DNA of 61,068 nucleotides, counting the filler, from Aduncisulcus paluster (Eukaryota): assembly GCA_024181965.1 (NCBI GenBank). It is 6 parts of 6 records of this genome, joined end to end, with 100 filler letters (N's around TTAATTAATTAA, not from the genome) between each part and the next. Parts side by side here need not be neighbours in the genome. Positions count along the whole stretch, not along the records: positions 30,170 to 41,273 come from BQXS01011040.1; positions 41,374 to 46,357 come from BQXS01011043.1; positions 46,458 to 51,577 come from BQXS01011044.1; 3 more parts are not named here. One strand, written 5' to 3'. A program made the translations under genes and the position numbers. Numbering within the stretch: position 1 is the stretch's first letter; the number at the start of each line of letters is the position of its first letter. This document shows positions 35,973-46,934 of the stretch, piece after piece. The notes under the pieces are model-generated. The model saw only the letters and a program-made list of their open reading frames with translations. It made no database searches and had not been told where the DNA came from.

Positions 35973-36256
35973 TAAGAAATTATTGATATGATAGATAAAA
36001 AAATATTGAATATTTATATATAAATGATTCGTTATGTGATAAGATTCAAGAGAAATTCACACTCTGAGAGTTATTTTTTCACATAGACATAAGATGGTTT
36101 AGTAAGCAGATTTATTAGCTTTAATATAAAGGATGAATAGAAAAAATTGTTTTTAAAGCGGATTATTCTTAAAATTGCCATCACTAAGACCAAAATGAAA
36201 TTTGTTGATCAATTCTACTTGTAAAAATTAATAAACTGATTTGATGACGGATTTAA

Positions 36257-36784
36257 TTATGCCTTCTCATCTTTTGTTGGTAAAACTGACTTGAATTTTA
36301 GAACTGAAAAAATCTTAGAGAAGAAAGGTGAATCTATCACAGATGATGAGACATATTTTAAGAAAGAACCAAATAAAGAGAAAAATCCAATAGCTTCAGC
36401 AATAACACCGAACAAAGTCGGAATATATTTTATGACTACAAATAGAAAACCAAGAAGGAAAATGCCAAGGCGAGGAAGTTTTTCTTTACGCAAAAAGAAT
36501 TCTTTGAATTTTTGTAAACCAGTAAACATTGGAAGACCTACCATTAACATGATATTCCCCATTGAAATTAACCCTCTATCTAGAAGAAATAAAATCCCTA
36601 TGAAAGAAAACAATAATCCGGCACCCACGAGTCCAACACCAATTCCTTGAGTATTTCGAATTGAAATATAATAATTTGCGAAATATAAATACAAGAATAT
36701 AAGGACAATGAAATTAATGACGAGAGGTTATAAAATAGAAGATAAAAAGCCAAGAAACATACTTTGAGTATCTGATAACGCCAT
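36257..36784 (-). CDS. GOT1: Golgi transport protein Got1, 2 exons (36784-36763, 36645-36257), ~136 aa
   Basis: Spliced MALSDTQRIGVGL...LDRGLISMGNI...EAIGFFSLFGSF is typical of Got1/GOLT1. Confidence 0.93.
36646..36762 (-). other. Spliceosomal intron in GOT1 (117 nt)
   Basis: GTATGT donor; the first downstream AG (CTCAAG) restores the frame. Confidence 0.88.
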
Positions 36785-37185
36785 TGTAATAACAAAATAA
36801 TTGTATATGTTTTTTAAGACTTTCCGAAAACCGAAAAGAGCGATGTTTTGAATTCACTGTCAAATCATCAAATTAATGTAATAAGACGCATAGAAATTCA
36901 AAAAGATATTGGAAAATCAAGATTCTTTTTAATTTCAAAAACTTTAAAATCCTGATGATGAATATTGTGGCGCTGAAGACCATGACGAGTTGGTTTGCCT
37001 TGGAATCCAGAAAATTCAAGGATTGGATTATATTTTTACTTGAATTTCAAATTCATTTAGATTAAGTATGTGGATAGATTATACGTATATCTTTCTTTCT
37101 TGTGTCAAATAGGTTTCGCACTCCTATCTGAACAATATCGATTTCAATTTAACATGAATATTTCAATTTTCATAGCAACTTGATA

Positions 37186-40100
37186 ATGTCTAAATCTTTT
37201 GGTGCTATAAGCCTTTCATCCACAGATTTAAAATCAATATCTGATAGTGTTGATGATCTCTTTGTTCTCTCCAAAGAGGGCTTCGTCGGAGACAAAGGGG
37301 AATCAATGGAAGTTGATGATATTGTTGCTGCTCTAACCCAGGATGGAATTTCAAAAGATCTCCCAAATTCTTTGATTGATTTTCAATCTCACCAGGATGA
37401 GTGTGTTAACGCATTCCTTTCAAATATTCAATTGAAGAAAAGAAAGGCCTCAAAGAATAGGGAGGAACGTATCGCGAAAAAAAGAGAAGAAGCTGCTGCC
37501 GCTTTGCTTGAAGAAACCAAAAAGTTGAAAGCAAGTAAGGAGAAAAAAAGTTTGACGGAACTTGCCAAAAGTGCGAAATTGTGTCTCTCTGAATCTCATC
37601 CGGTTCCTACTGTTGAGGAGATGTTTGGAGATGCCTATTACAAATGGTGGCTTGAAGAGGATGCAATGGATAGAGGAGCAGGCGAAGAGGAGGAAGAGGA
37701 AGAAGAGGAGGAGGAATCCAGTGATGATTCGGAGGACGATCGAAGTGGAAAACGTAGGACGAGGAAAAAGAAAGGATCTAAACGTAACTCCTCTTCTGCC
37801 AAACGCCCAGCTGCGGTGATTTGGGAGAAAACTTTACGCCACCAGGGTGTCACATTCCCTGATCCTTATGAGCCACATGGTGTCCCCCTTGTTTATGATG
37901 GCGATCAATATGTCCTTCCCCCTGAATGTGAGGAAGCTGCTACTTTATACGCGCAGAGTATGCATCTTGATCATGTGAAGAACAAGATATATAATAACAA
38001 CTTCTGGGCTGATTTCAGAGAACTTCTAAAACAACACGATAAGTCTTTGGCTAAGAAACTCAAATCTTTTGCTAAGGCTGACTTCTCTCTGATCCTGGCC
38101 CATGAAGAAGAAATTCGAGCCGAAAAGAAAGCCTGGAGTAAGGAAAAGAAGCAAGCTGACAAACTTCGTCGTGAGAAAATCAAAGAGAAATATGGTTACG
38201 CATTTGTCGATGGAAACAAAGTCGTGATTGCTCCTTATCAAGTTGAGCCCCCCTGTGTGTTCAAAGCCCGTGGAACCCATCCCAAGAGTGGAAAGATCAA
38301 GTTCCGTGTGACCCCTGAAGCTGTGACCCTCAACTTGGACAAGGATGCGCCAATTCCTCCACTCCCCTCTGGACGTCATTGGGGAGCTATTGTCCATAAT
38401 CCCACGGTGTCATGGGTGGCTACGTGGTGTGAGAATATCTTTGGACGCAACAAATATGTCAGATTTGGAAATACTTCCCATGTGAAGGGAAGGAGTGATT
38501 GGTTCAAATTTGAGACTGCCAGACGACTGGCTGGATTGATTGGCTACGTTAGATTCTTTAATTTTGAAAACATGAGCCATTCCTCTGCATCTCTTGCTCG
38601 CCAACAACATGCCGTCGCCACGTACATCCTTGATCTCACCGCTATTCGTGCTGGTGGCAAAAAAGACACTACGATGAGTGCAGACACTGTTGGTCTCTGT
38701 AATCTTCGTAAAGAACACATCAAGTTCCACGCCAACTCAATAATTGAATTGGATTTCCTTGGAAAAGATAGTGTTCCTTATCACCGCCGTGTGAAGGTGA
38801 GGCAAGCTGTATACAAATTGTTGAAAGGGTTTGTGTCTGGGAAATCAAAGAAAGATGAACTATTTGATTTAATTTCTACTTCTAGTCTAAATACTTACTT
38901 GGCATCACTATTTCCATCTATCAAGTTGACCATTAAAGTGTTTCGAACGTTTAATGCTTCCTTGTTGCTTTCCAAGAGGTTGGAAACCATCACCGAACCT
39001 TCTGGATCCGTCGCTGATCGTAAGCAAGTCTACCAACGTGCAAATACGGAGGTTGCCGTCATCTGTAATCATCAGCGAAATGTAGGGAAATCCCATGACG
39101 CCTCTGTCGGTAAGATGGATGAATTTATTTCTGAGAAAATTGATCTTATTTCCACATTAAGATGGTACGAACTGTACATTGCAATGCTAATGTATTCTAA
39201 ATATAGTTTTGATGTGTATGATTTTGGTCGTGAAACTGCCGAAGAATTATTGGAAGAATATGAAAAGAAACACGGAGGTGAAAAGAAAGGAAAGAAGAAG
39301 AAATCAAAGACCAAGGTGAAAGAAGAAGTGAAATTGGAAGAAGAAGAGGAGCTTCTTGAGGTTCTTGAAGATGAGGAGGCCAGAGAGGCGGCCTTCCGTT
39401 CGGTTGTGGCCGGTGCTGCCCCCAAAGTATCCTCTAAAGCTGCCCATGATGAAATTGGCTCCTATAAATCCTCCATTCTCCCTCCTTTCCTTCCTATTTC
39501 CACTCTGAAAGAAGGTAAGGAGATGTTTAAAAAGGCTTACCAAATGGTGATTGACTACGAAAAGTCCGTTGTTGAGCAAAGTAACGAGAAAGCCAATGCA
39601 AGGAGAAAGAAGATGGAAGAGGAAATGGGAATTAGTATGAAGAAACTTGAAATTCTTGTTAACGCAGCGAAAGATGCTGAAAAGGCCAAGAAAAAGAAGA
39701 GCAAGAAGAGCAAGAAGAGTGATTCTGACGACTCTGAGAAAGAAGAATCTCAAGAAGAAACATTGGAGAATGTTAAGCTTTCCAAAAAAGAGAAGAAAAT
39801 TGTTGATAAGCTTGATCTTGTCTCCCTTCGAATCCCTGCCTTGAAGAAGTTTTCCAAGGATACGTTTGCAGATGCCATTGGTTCATTTAGTAAGCTTTGG
39901 TCAAGGCGTAAGAAGGTGTTGAATCAGATTGCCAGGACAAACGAGCAAATTGAAGGGAAGGCCATGAAGAAGATCGAAAAGAGTGAGACTGCTACTGTGG
40001 CCTTATCAACTAGCAAGACCAATTATTTGGACCCTAGAATCACAATTAGTTGGAGCAAACGAGCTGCAGTGCCAATCACTAATGTGTTTAACAAGAGTTT

Positions 40101-40491
40101 GTTGATGCGATTCCCATGGGCCTTGGATGTGGCGCCTTCCTGGACCTTTGTCAAAGAACCTGAAGAGCTGGAAGAAGTCAAGACTGAAGGGCTAAGATTG
40201 CGCAAAGAGGCAAAAAGTGGCAGCTCTGGTCGTACCAAGAAGTCTTCCCAGAGTCGGAGGACGAGTCAAAAGGAAGACGGAAGCGAGGAGGAAGAGTATG
40301 GAGATGAAAAATATGAGGAATATTCCGAGTCTGATGGTCCAAAGGTTGAAAGATCCGAAAGAAGACTGAGTATTCGCAATCTTGGGAAGGACGTTTCATA
40401 TCTTGAAGAATCTGAGGAATCAGATGAATATAATGACGAGGAAAGTGATTCTAGCGAGTACGAAGATGCTTTATCCGATGAATCTGAATAA
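37186..40491 (+). CDS. TOP1: DNA topoisomerase IB
   Basis: Catalytic pentad motifs AIRAG, FLGKDS, KVFRTFNAS, ICNHQR, SKTNYLDPRI; also LRHQGVTFPDPYEP and RGTHPKSG. Confidence 0.97.
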   Translation: MSKSFGAISLSSTDLKSISDSVDDLFVLSKEGFVGDKGESMEVDDIVAALTQDGISKDLPNSLIDFQSHQDECVNAFLSNIQLKKRKASKNREERIAKKREEAAAALLEETKKLKASKEKKSLTELAKSAKLCLSESHPVPTVEEMFGDAYYKWWLEEDAMDRGAGEEEEEEEEEEESSDDSEDDRSGKRRTRKKKGSKRNSSSAKRPAAVIWEKTLRHQGVTFPDPYEPHGVPLVYDGDQYVLPPECEEAATLYAQSMHLDHVKNKIYNNNFWADFRELLKQHDKSLAKKLKSFAKADFSLILAHEEEIRAEKKAWSKEKKQADKLRREKIKEKYGYAFVDGNKVVIAPYQVEPPCVFKARGTHPKSGKIKFRVTPEAVTLNLDKDAPIPPLPSGRHWGAIVHNPTVSWVATWCENIFGRNKYVRFGNTSHVKGRSDWFKFETARRLAGLIGYVRFFNFENMSHSSASLARQQHAVATYILDLTAIRAGGKKDTTMSADTVGLCNLRKEHIKFHANSIIELDFLGKDSVPYHRRVKVRQAVYKLLKGFVSGKSKKDELFDLISTSSLNTYLASLFPSIKLTIKVFRTFNASLLLSKRLETITEPSGSVADRKQVYQRANTEVAVICNHQRNVGKSHDASVGKMDEFISEKIDLISTLRWYELYIAMLMYSKYSFDVYDFGRETAEELLEEYEKKHGGEKKGKKKKSKTKVKEEVKLEEEEELLEVLEDEEAREAAFRSVVAGAAPKVSSKAAHDEIGSYKSSILPPFLPISTLKEGKEMFKKAYQMVIDYEKSVVEQSNEKANARRKKMEEEMGISMKKLEILVNAAKDAEKAKKKKSKKSKKSDSDDSEKEESQEETLENVKLSKKEKKIVDKLDLVSLRIPALKKFSKDTFADAIGSFSKLWSRRKKVLNQIARTNEQIEGKAMKKIEKSETATVALSTSKTNYLDPRITISWSKRAAVPITNVFNKSLLMRFPWALDVAPSWTFVKEPEELEEVKTEGLRLRKEAKSGSSGRTKKSSQSRRTSQKEDGSEEEEYGDEKYEEYSESDGPKVERSERRLSIRNLGKDVSYLEESEESDEYNDEESDSSEYEDALSDESE

Positions 40492-41273
40492 ATCTTGGTC
40501 TATTTAAAACTATGGTCAAGCTGTTTTTTGAAAGCTTAGATTCGTGGTGTTATGTATGATCTTTGAAAGATCGATCTGTTCAATTTGAAATTTCAGACCA
40601 ATGTCTCTCAAGCGCATGAACATTCTCATGGATGTCAATCTACATTTTACTGAGAGAGAAGAGTGAAGGATGACTCATCCTGGATAAGTGAATCACATAT
40701 GTCATATGACCAGCATCAACAAACATGGAGTAATACTAAAGCAAAACATCATAATAGTAGATAATCGTTGGGTTAAAATGATATCAATGACATCAGAATC
40801 GAGGAAATAGAAGAAAGGTAGATCTTATGGTGACTTTTGGAGGGACATTGAGATGAACAGAAGTTGTACATCACATTATAGAAGATCGATACACATATAA
40901 ACACACAGAAAAACCATCATTAATCAACTCATATGACACAAATCGTGTTGTATCCTCAGGTTTAAAGGCATTTGAAAGATACAAGTTCTATAAATAGATA
41001 GTCTAAAAATAGAAACATCAAAATTAAAGGGTTCTTTAAAACGGATGGAATGTGTTAAAACATGCTTATACTTCGATATTAAGGTGTTTAAAGAAGGGTG
41101 AGAAGGGATAACATCCTTTCACAAAAGACAAAAGGTGTTATATGCCGTTATGAGACGGTCAGGAACCGGTTAGAAACGAGATTCTCAATGGATCTATTTA
41201 TAGAACGTTCAATGTTTATCCATCTTCAATAAATTGCTTACCGCAACAATTTTGATCAAAATTTAGGTACTAT

Positions 41274-41373
41274 NNNNNNNNNNNNNNNNNNNNNNNNNNN
41301 NNNNNNNNNNNNNNNNNTTAATTAATTAANNNNNNNNNNNNNNNNNNNNNNNNNNNNNNNNNNNNNNNNNNNN
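41274..41373. other. Artificial scaffold spacer
   Basis: N44-TTAATTAATTAA-N44. Confidence 0.98.
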
Positions 41374-42140
41374 CATCGATCAATTCTTGAATTCTCCCAT
41401 TTTAAGTTTGAGAGAGATAATATTTGTATAGATATGTCATTGAGTTTTATTTTCCAATCAAACGATGCCAAAATTCATTCAATAGTTCGTTTGAATCTCA
41501 GACAAGTGCTCATCGACCTGATCTGTAAATATGTGTTTCTTTCTTTCTCTGTAAGTAACGTGATCATTCCAAAACACGGTACAAATTGTTATTTCACTGT
41601 ATAACTTTTTCAAGACTTATGTGATCCAAATTAGCCTATCTAAATTAGTCCGTTCCCTTTTTGTCCTGATCATCTCCAATAGATACCTGAATCATTTTAA
41701 TCAACACAATCTGGGAACTCCTTCCAACAAATAAAACATCTTCTAAAATAATTGTTTTTGAATAGTTTCCAAAATGAAATCTGAAAACATCCATTCCTTC
41801 TCAGAAAACGAATTAATTCCGTTTATAACGATGTAATTCATAATCACAGTGGACATGAAACATTTCTAAACGGCTTAAGGGGTCTTGAAAATCATTAGTG
41901 TGAGATTTGGTCAGGAAATCAAGAAATGTCCAACTTGGCTAATGTCCAAAGCAATTGAGTGGACCGATTCTGCACAAAGATCGTATATTTTAAGGGACGT
42001 ATATTAGTACTTATATAAAATACGGTGTTTTTTATATGCTCTAAAGCTACCATTCACCTTCACTATTTTTGGGGCTATGAGATACATCGTATTTCTTATT
42101 TTTCTGACAATATAAATCCACTAGGCGTGTGTAATCACAA

Positions 42141-44537
42141 ATGGGGGGAATAGTGAGTGGATGTATTGCATCCACAGATACAATAGCCTTACAACCCGAT
42201 GATATTCGAATCATGAAGCCAGAGTATGTTTGTAAAGGCTCTTCTGATTGCATTCCTATTCCTCGTGATGATCCTATCATTCAGGATCCAATCTTCCCCT
42301 CTATTTCTGCAAAGGATGTAACAAAACCCAAAGAGACCCAAGACCAAAGTTCCCATGCAAAAAAGATGCTTCGAGGCGAATCAAACACTAAAAGTTTCAC
42401 CCATATCTCCATCCCCTTTTCTAGAAGCTCCCCTATTCACGGTGCTTATATCTGCGTTAATTCTAAGAATTGTCCAATCCATGTTCGCTTCACGTTTACT
42501 TCGGCAGAGATGGAAAAGATCTCCATCCAGTATGAATTTCCTTCGACGACACAATTGACAGAATCCTGGGGTTGGTTTTTCCTGAGGATTGATATTCCCG
42601 ATGTTGTTTTGTGTGAAGTTGAAGGCAAAGGAAAGAAAGAAAAGGCCTTTTCAATCCTTTCCCTCGTCTTTGTTCGACAAGATACACCCTTTGAAGCCCT
42701 TGCCCGTAAATGCAAAGAAGAGACTCTTGAGAAGCAATGGTCTGAAGCTGCTGTTGTGAAAGCCAAATTTGAAAAGATTGGGAATCAAAAGTCCCGACCG
42801 ATTCTGAGTCATCGCAACGCTATAAATCCCTCATTCTCAATGGTTAAGGGGATAGATGTTTCAAAAAGCAAGCGATCTGACGAGTATGACCAGAGTTCTT
42901 GGACAGAGAAAATGTTAAAATGTGAATGCGATGGCGTCTACGTATCCCATCTTTCCATCCCTTTCACAAAATCTCACGACTTGAGAGGTGCTTATATCTG
43001 TGTGGATAAGAATTGCAGTTCGCCCTTTCTCCTCTTCACGTTCACCCATGCCGATGGTAAGAAGACATGCAAGAAGTATGAATTCCCAATCCCCGAACAT
43101 TTCACTGAATGGCACTTCCTCCCTATTGATTTGCCGAAAATTGTCGCCTGTGAGATTCAAGGGAAGGGAACGTGGCGTTGGGATAATAGTCGCTGCTTTA
43201 AGATATGTTCTCTCGTATTTGTTGCTCGTGCTGAACCTATTGCTTTTGAATCCTCTTGTTTCCTTGAGATAGCTTCTATCGAGATGAAACGATCAGAAGT
43301 CACAAAACCTTACTGTCCAATTCACGATTCTTTCACCCTCACTTCCTCCTCAACTATCACCCCATTCTGCGTCATTGGCAGTGGTGAGTTTGGTGAAGTT
43401 CTTCTTGTTCACGTGGCTGGCATCCCTTTCCCATGTGTGCTGAAGAGGATGCTTCGGATTGCGGATGAAACTGTTGTGAAAGAGTGTCAAAAGGAGTTTA
43501 AAGTGCAACAAAGACTGTTCAACAATCCCAAATGTTTCAATCGTATCCCACGTCCTTTGTACATCCTCGATCTTCTCGATGCGGATTTCACGGGTGTATA
43601 TGGCTTTTTGATGGAGTTCTGTGTTGGAGGCAGTGTAAGTGCGTTTGCAAAGAGTTGGTGTGCAGATGGTGGAGAGGAGAGAAAGTATGTGAGTGCTGAT
43701 GAAGATGATTCAGACTCAGACTCAGACTCCTCCCCAAGTTCCACTCCCTTCAATCCCATGACACTGAATCCTGTGAAAGTCTGTTCTCTCTGTGTGGGGA
43801 TGATTGAATGTCTTGATGATGTGTTCACAGCCAAACCAAAGCTTATTCACCGAGACATCAAACCTGACAACTTCCTTGTTCGTGTTGATCCCAAAGATGG
43901 AGAATGTACCGTTGTTCTTGGTGATCTTGGCCTTGTTCAGATTCAGCAATCCATTTCTTCCTCGAAGTCAAGCAAGAGTTTCTCGTCTCATTCGACCTTT
44001 TCAGATTTGACTCCCTCTTTTCTGACAATTTCTGACGCCTCGACGAGTTCTTCATTCTCGGAATCTTGCTCTCACACACTTGCTGGGACCATTGTGTATT
44101 CCTCCTTCGAAAGCCTTGCGTATGGTGACCAATCCCAACTCAGTGATGCCCATTCTCTTGGAATGTCTATTCTTGCTTTATTCTTGTGTAAACATCCCTT
44201 TATTGATCATCCAGCTTTGTGGATGGATCCAAGAGATAGCACGGAATCTGTTCGGAATATGATTGGTATTCTTCGAGAGAATCGTTTGAATGACATTTTC
44301 TCACGCTCTATTCTCTTCAAATCTCTGTTGACCATTGACGGTGGCAAGTATAAACATGTCCACGAGTGCTTGTGTGAGGTGTTCACAGGCTTGACACAGA
44401 TTGATATTTCGAAACGTATGAGTGTCCATCAGGCTCGTGAGAAAATACAATCAATCAAGCCACTGCTGCCAAAGGTTGGAGAAGGATTTGTATGTCCAAG
44501 CATTGAACGAATAATCAGATCATACAGGGCAAAGTAA
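42141..44537 (+). CDS. Protein kinase with two tandem N-terminal orphan domains and a predicted N-myristoylation site
   Basis: GSGEFGEV, CVLK, HRDIKPDN, DLG, GTIVYSSFE, SDAHSLG; two copies of HxSIPF...GAYICV...FTFT...YEFP...WxFLxID; N-terminus MGGIVSGC. Confidence 0.93.
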   Translation: MGGIVSGCIASTDTIALQPDDIRIMKPEYVCKGSSDCIPIPRDDPIIQDPIFPSISAKDVTKPKETQDQSSHAKKMLRGESNTKSFTHISIPFSRSSPIHGAYICVNSKNCPIHVRFTFTSAEMEKISIQYEFPSTTQLTESWGWFFLRIDIPDVVLCEVEGKGKKEKAFSILSLVFVRQDTPFEALARKCKEETLEKQWSEAAVVKAKFEKIGNQKSRPILSHRNAINPSFSMVKGIDVSKSKRSDEYDQSSWTEKMLKCECDGVYVSHLSIPFTKSHDLRGAYICVDKNCSSPFLLFTFTHADGKKTCKKYEFPIPEHFTEWHFLPIDLPKIVACEIQGKGTWRWDNSRCFKICSLVFVARAEPIAFESSCFLEIASIEMKRSEVTKPYCPIHDSFTLTSSSTITPFCVIGSGEFGEVLLVHVAGIPFPCVLKRMLRIADETVVKECQKEFKVQQRLFNNPKCFNRIPRPLYILDLLDADFTGVYGFLMEFCVGGSVSAFAKSWCADGGEERKYVSADEDDSDSDSDSSPSSTPFNPMTLNPVKVCSLCVGMIECLDDVFTAKPKLIHRDIKPDNFLVRVDPKDGECTVVLGDLGLVQIQQSISSSKSSKSFSSHSTFSDLTPSFLTISDASTSSSFSESCSHTLAGTIVYSSFESLAYGDQSQLSDAHSLGMSILALFLCKHPFIDHPALWMDPRDSTESVRNMIGILRENRLNDIFSRSILFKSLLTIDGGKYKHVHECLCEVFTGLTQIDISKRMSVHQAREKIQSIKPLLPKVGEGFVCPSIERIIRSYRAK

Positions 44538-44621
44538 ACCATCTCAATGCAGCTCAGAGGGCAAATGGATACAAAATAACAACTGCCCAGCTAAGGACTC
44601 TACAATAATTTTTTTTTATCG

Positions 44622-46357
44622 TCATTTTGCCTTGAAAATGAGTGATTTTGTGGAACGATTACATTGCCAGATACACACAGTCTGTGAACATGAAGAATAT
44701 GTCTCCGGTCTCAGAGACACAACACAGAGAGCAACATTTCCAGATGCAGATATCTTGGCCAACAATAGTCCTAATCGTTCAGAGAAGACTTTATCGAGAG
44801 CAGCATCGACTTCATCAAGAACAAGCATACGACTTCCAGTAATTATTATACACGCAAGAGAGAAACATATGCTGACAATAGCTTTTTGTCCGCCAGAAAG
44901 ACAGGTTGTGTCAATCCACCCACCTCTTCCAGGCCGCACAGATAACTCAACACCCTCAGAATCGAGTACAGAAGCAGCTGTGGGCAAGTGAAGACAAGCT
45001 TCCCACCCAGAGTCAGTCCCAGTCAAAGAGGCAATGTACGAAGACAGAAGGGAGTTGAGACGGGAGATAGAGGAAGATATAATGGAATATCGACGTTGCA
45101 ATAGTTTCTCGGAGGAAATTAGGTGGTTTTTATGGGAGGTTTGGAGCCTGAATAGAGATGATTGACATTCAGAAAGGCTATTTGAAATACGTTGGAACTC
45201 CTCGACAATGGTCAGATCAAGAGAATCTACAGAGGATTTTAAGGTCGAAATCAGAGAGCAGAAGGAAGAAAATGATTTTCTAAGAATAGATATGCGCTGA
45301 GAAATAAATTCTGAGGAAACATCATCAATTTTTACACGAGAAATTTGACTTTTCGCCGTTTTATCTCCTTCCTGATGATCCAATTCTTCTCCAGAACTGC
45401 TCCCTTCAATCACAGCTTCAGATTCATCGGATGATTCCTCAGATCTAAAAATAGCTTTAGATGAGTCAGATTCCGATTCATCAGAATAGCTTCTGCTTTG
45501 CTCATCTTCTTCCTCAGAATCCTCTTCGCTATTATCAGCATCATTCTTTCCACTTCTGGAACCTTCCTTTAATATATCAGAAGGAACTTTTTTAGTACAT
45601 TCTTTAACAAACTCTTCAATTTCGGATAGAGTAGGTTTAAATTTGGAAACCATCTCTTTCTCAATTCTATTTATATCTCGGATAGCATCATGCGATTCAC
45701 CTTTACAGAGCCTGTACTTCTCCTCTTCTTCCTTCCGTTTGTTTTGTTTAAGCATAATGACACGGTATTGACCCCTTTTCTTCCTCAGAGAACGCTTTAA
45801 TACATTGATATTGGCTTTACATGACGATTGAATAGTTAGAGAACGAATTATGGTACTTTCACAATCACAAATTGACATAGAGAGTTTCTCAGATTCTATT
45901 TTTAGATGTTCTTTCCTTTCATGTGCCTTTTTAAGTTGCGTTTCTATTTCTTCTTTCCTCTTTTCCTCCTTTTGCATTACTTCCTTTGCATCCAAATGTC
46001 CCGCTAAAATATCATCAAGGGATCTTTGGATTCTCTCCGATTCGTTCATCAAAGCTTCATGATGTTTTTCTTTTCTTTTAAGATCATCTTTAAGAGCTCC
46101 TTGTCTTCGTGTGAGAACAGATAGTTGATTTGTGATAGAATATCTAGATCGTTTTAATTCTGCCAAGGATGTTTGAAAACCTTCTAACTCACTGACGATA
46201 TCTTTCTTCTCTTTTTCTTCCTCTTCTCTTTCTTCCTTTCTTTTCCTCTCTTCTTCCTCTTCCTCCTCTTCTTCTCTCACCTCTCTCTCCTCCTCCTTCT
46301 CCCTCCTCTTCTTCTGTTCATCCGAAGCTCTACTTCTCTTATCCCCTTTCATTCTCT
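44622..46357 (-). CDS. SMC-family ATPase, C-terminal half (SMC4-like), 5'-truncated
   Basis: Coiled coil, then SEGVELSVRP...W...LSGGQK signature, Walker B/D-loop VLDEVDAALD, and VVSLR. Confidence 0.88.
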
Positions 46358-46457
46358 NNNNNNNNNNNNNNNNNNNNNNNNNNNNNNNNNNNNNNNNNNN
46401 NTTAATTAATTAANNNNNNNNNNNNNNNNNNNNNNNNNNNNNNNNNNNNNNNNNNNN
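46358..46457. other. Artificial scaffold spacer
   Basis: N44-TTAATTAATTAA-N44. Confidence 0.98.
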
Positions 46458-46934
46458 AGGTCTGCTGACACAGTAGCCTGGCCCATTACTCTGATTTCTG
46501 ACCACCGATTCGTCGGAAAGAAGCTGGAGGTGTTGGCCCATTACATGGATGACTCTGAACAATGGCTCACGTTAAAAGACGTATTGGAGCTGATTCCATT
46601 TGAAATTTACTTATTACAACACCCCGAAATCTTTTCTGCGGTGATTCAGAGTGGGGAACGTCCTTCCAAGAAAAGAGGCAGGAAGAAGAAATAACGTTTT
46701 GGAACATCCGCATTATTTATTGTTAATCCCTTTGAAAGGAGGGGCAGTGTTAGAATAACACGGCTGTTGCCAAAAGCAGACGTTTTTATTACTTTCTTTA
46801 AGGAGTATTATTATTGAATATTTAATATATATTTTATAATACGATTTTAATTAATATATTTATTTCGATATTAGAATGTTTATTACTATCTTATTACCGA
46901 AGATCATATTTGAAAGTTTTTGTGTTTCTTTACA
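46458..46934 (+). mobile_element. 3' end of a Ty3/Gypsy (chromovirus-like) LTR retrotransposon: chromodomain-like ORF end, polypurine tract, LTR
   Basis: ATG-less frame 46458-46694 WPITLISDHRFVGKKLEVLAHY...QWLTLKDV...YLLQHP; GAAAGGAGGGGCAG at 46734-46747 directly followed by TGTTAGAA; candidate LTR end TTCTTTACA at 46934. Confidence 0.7.

Noticed and set aside
36647..36771. ATACTCAA repeated at both ends of the GOT1 intron (TSD-like)
   Set aside because: The position appears to be an old conserved intron and the other introns lack such repeats; treated as chance.
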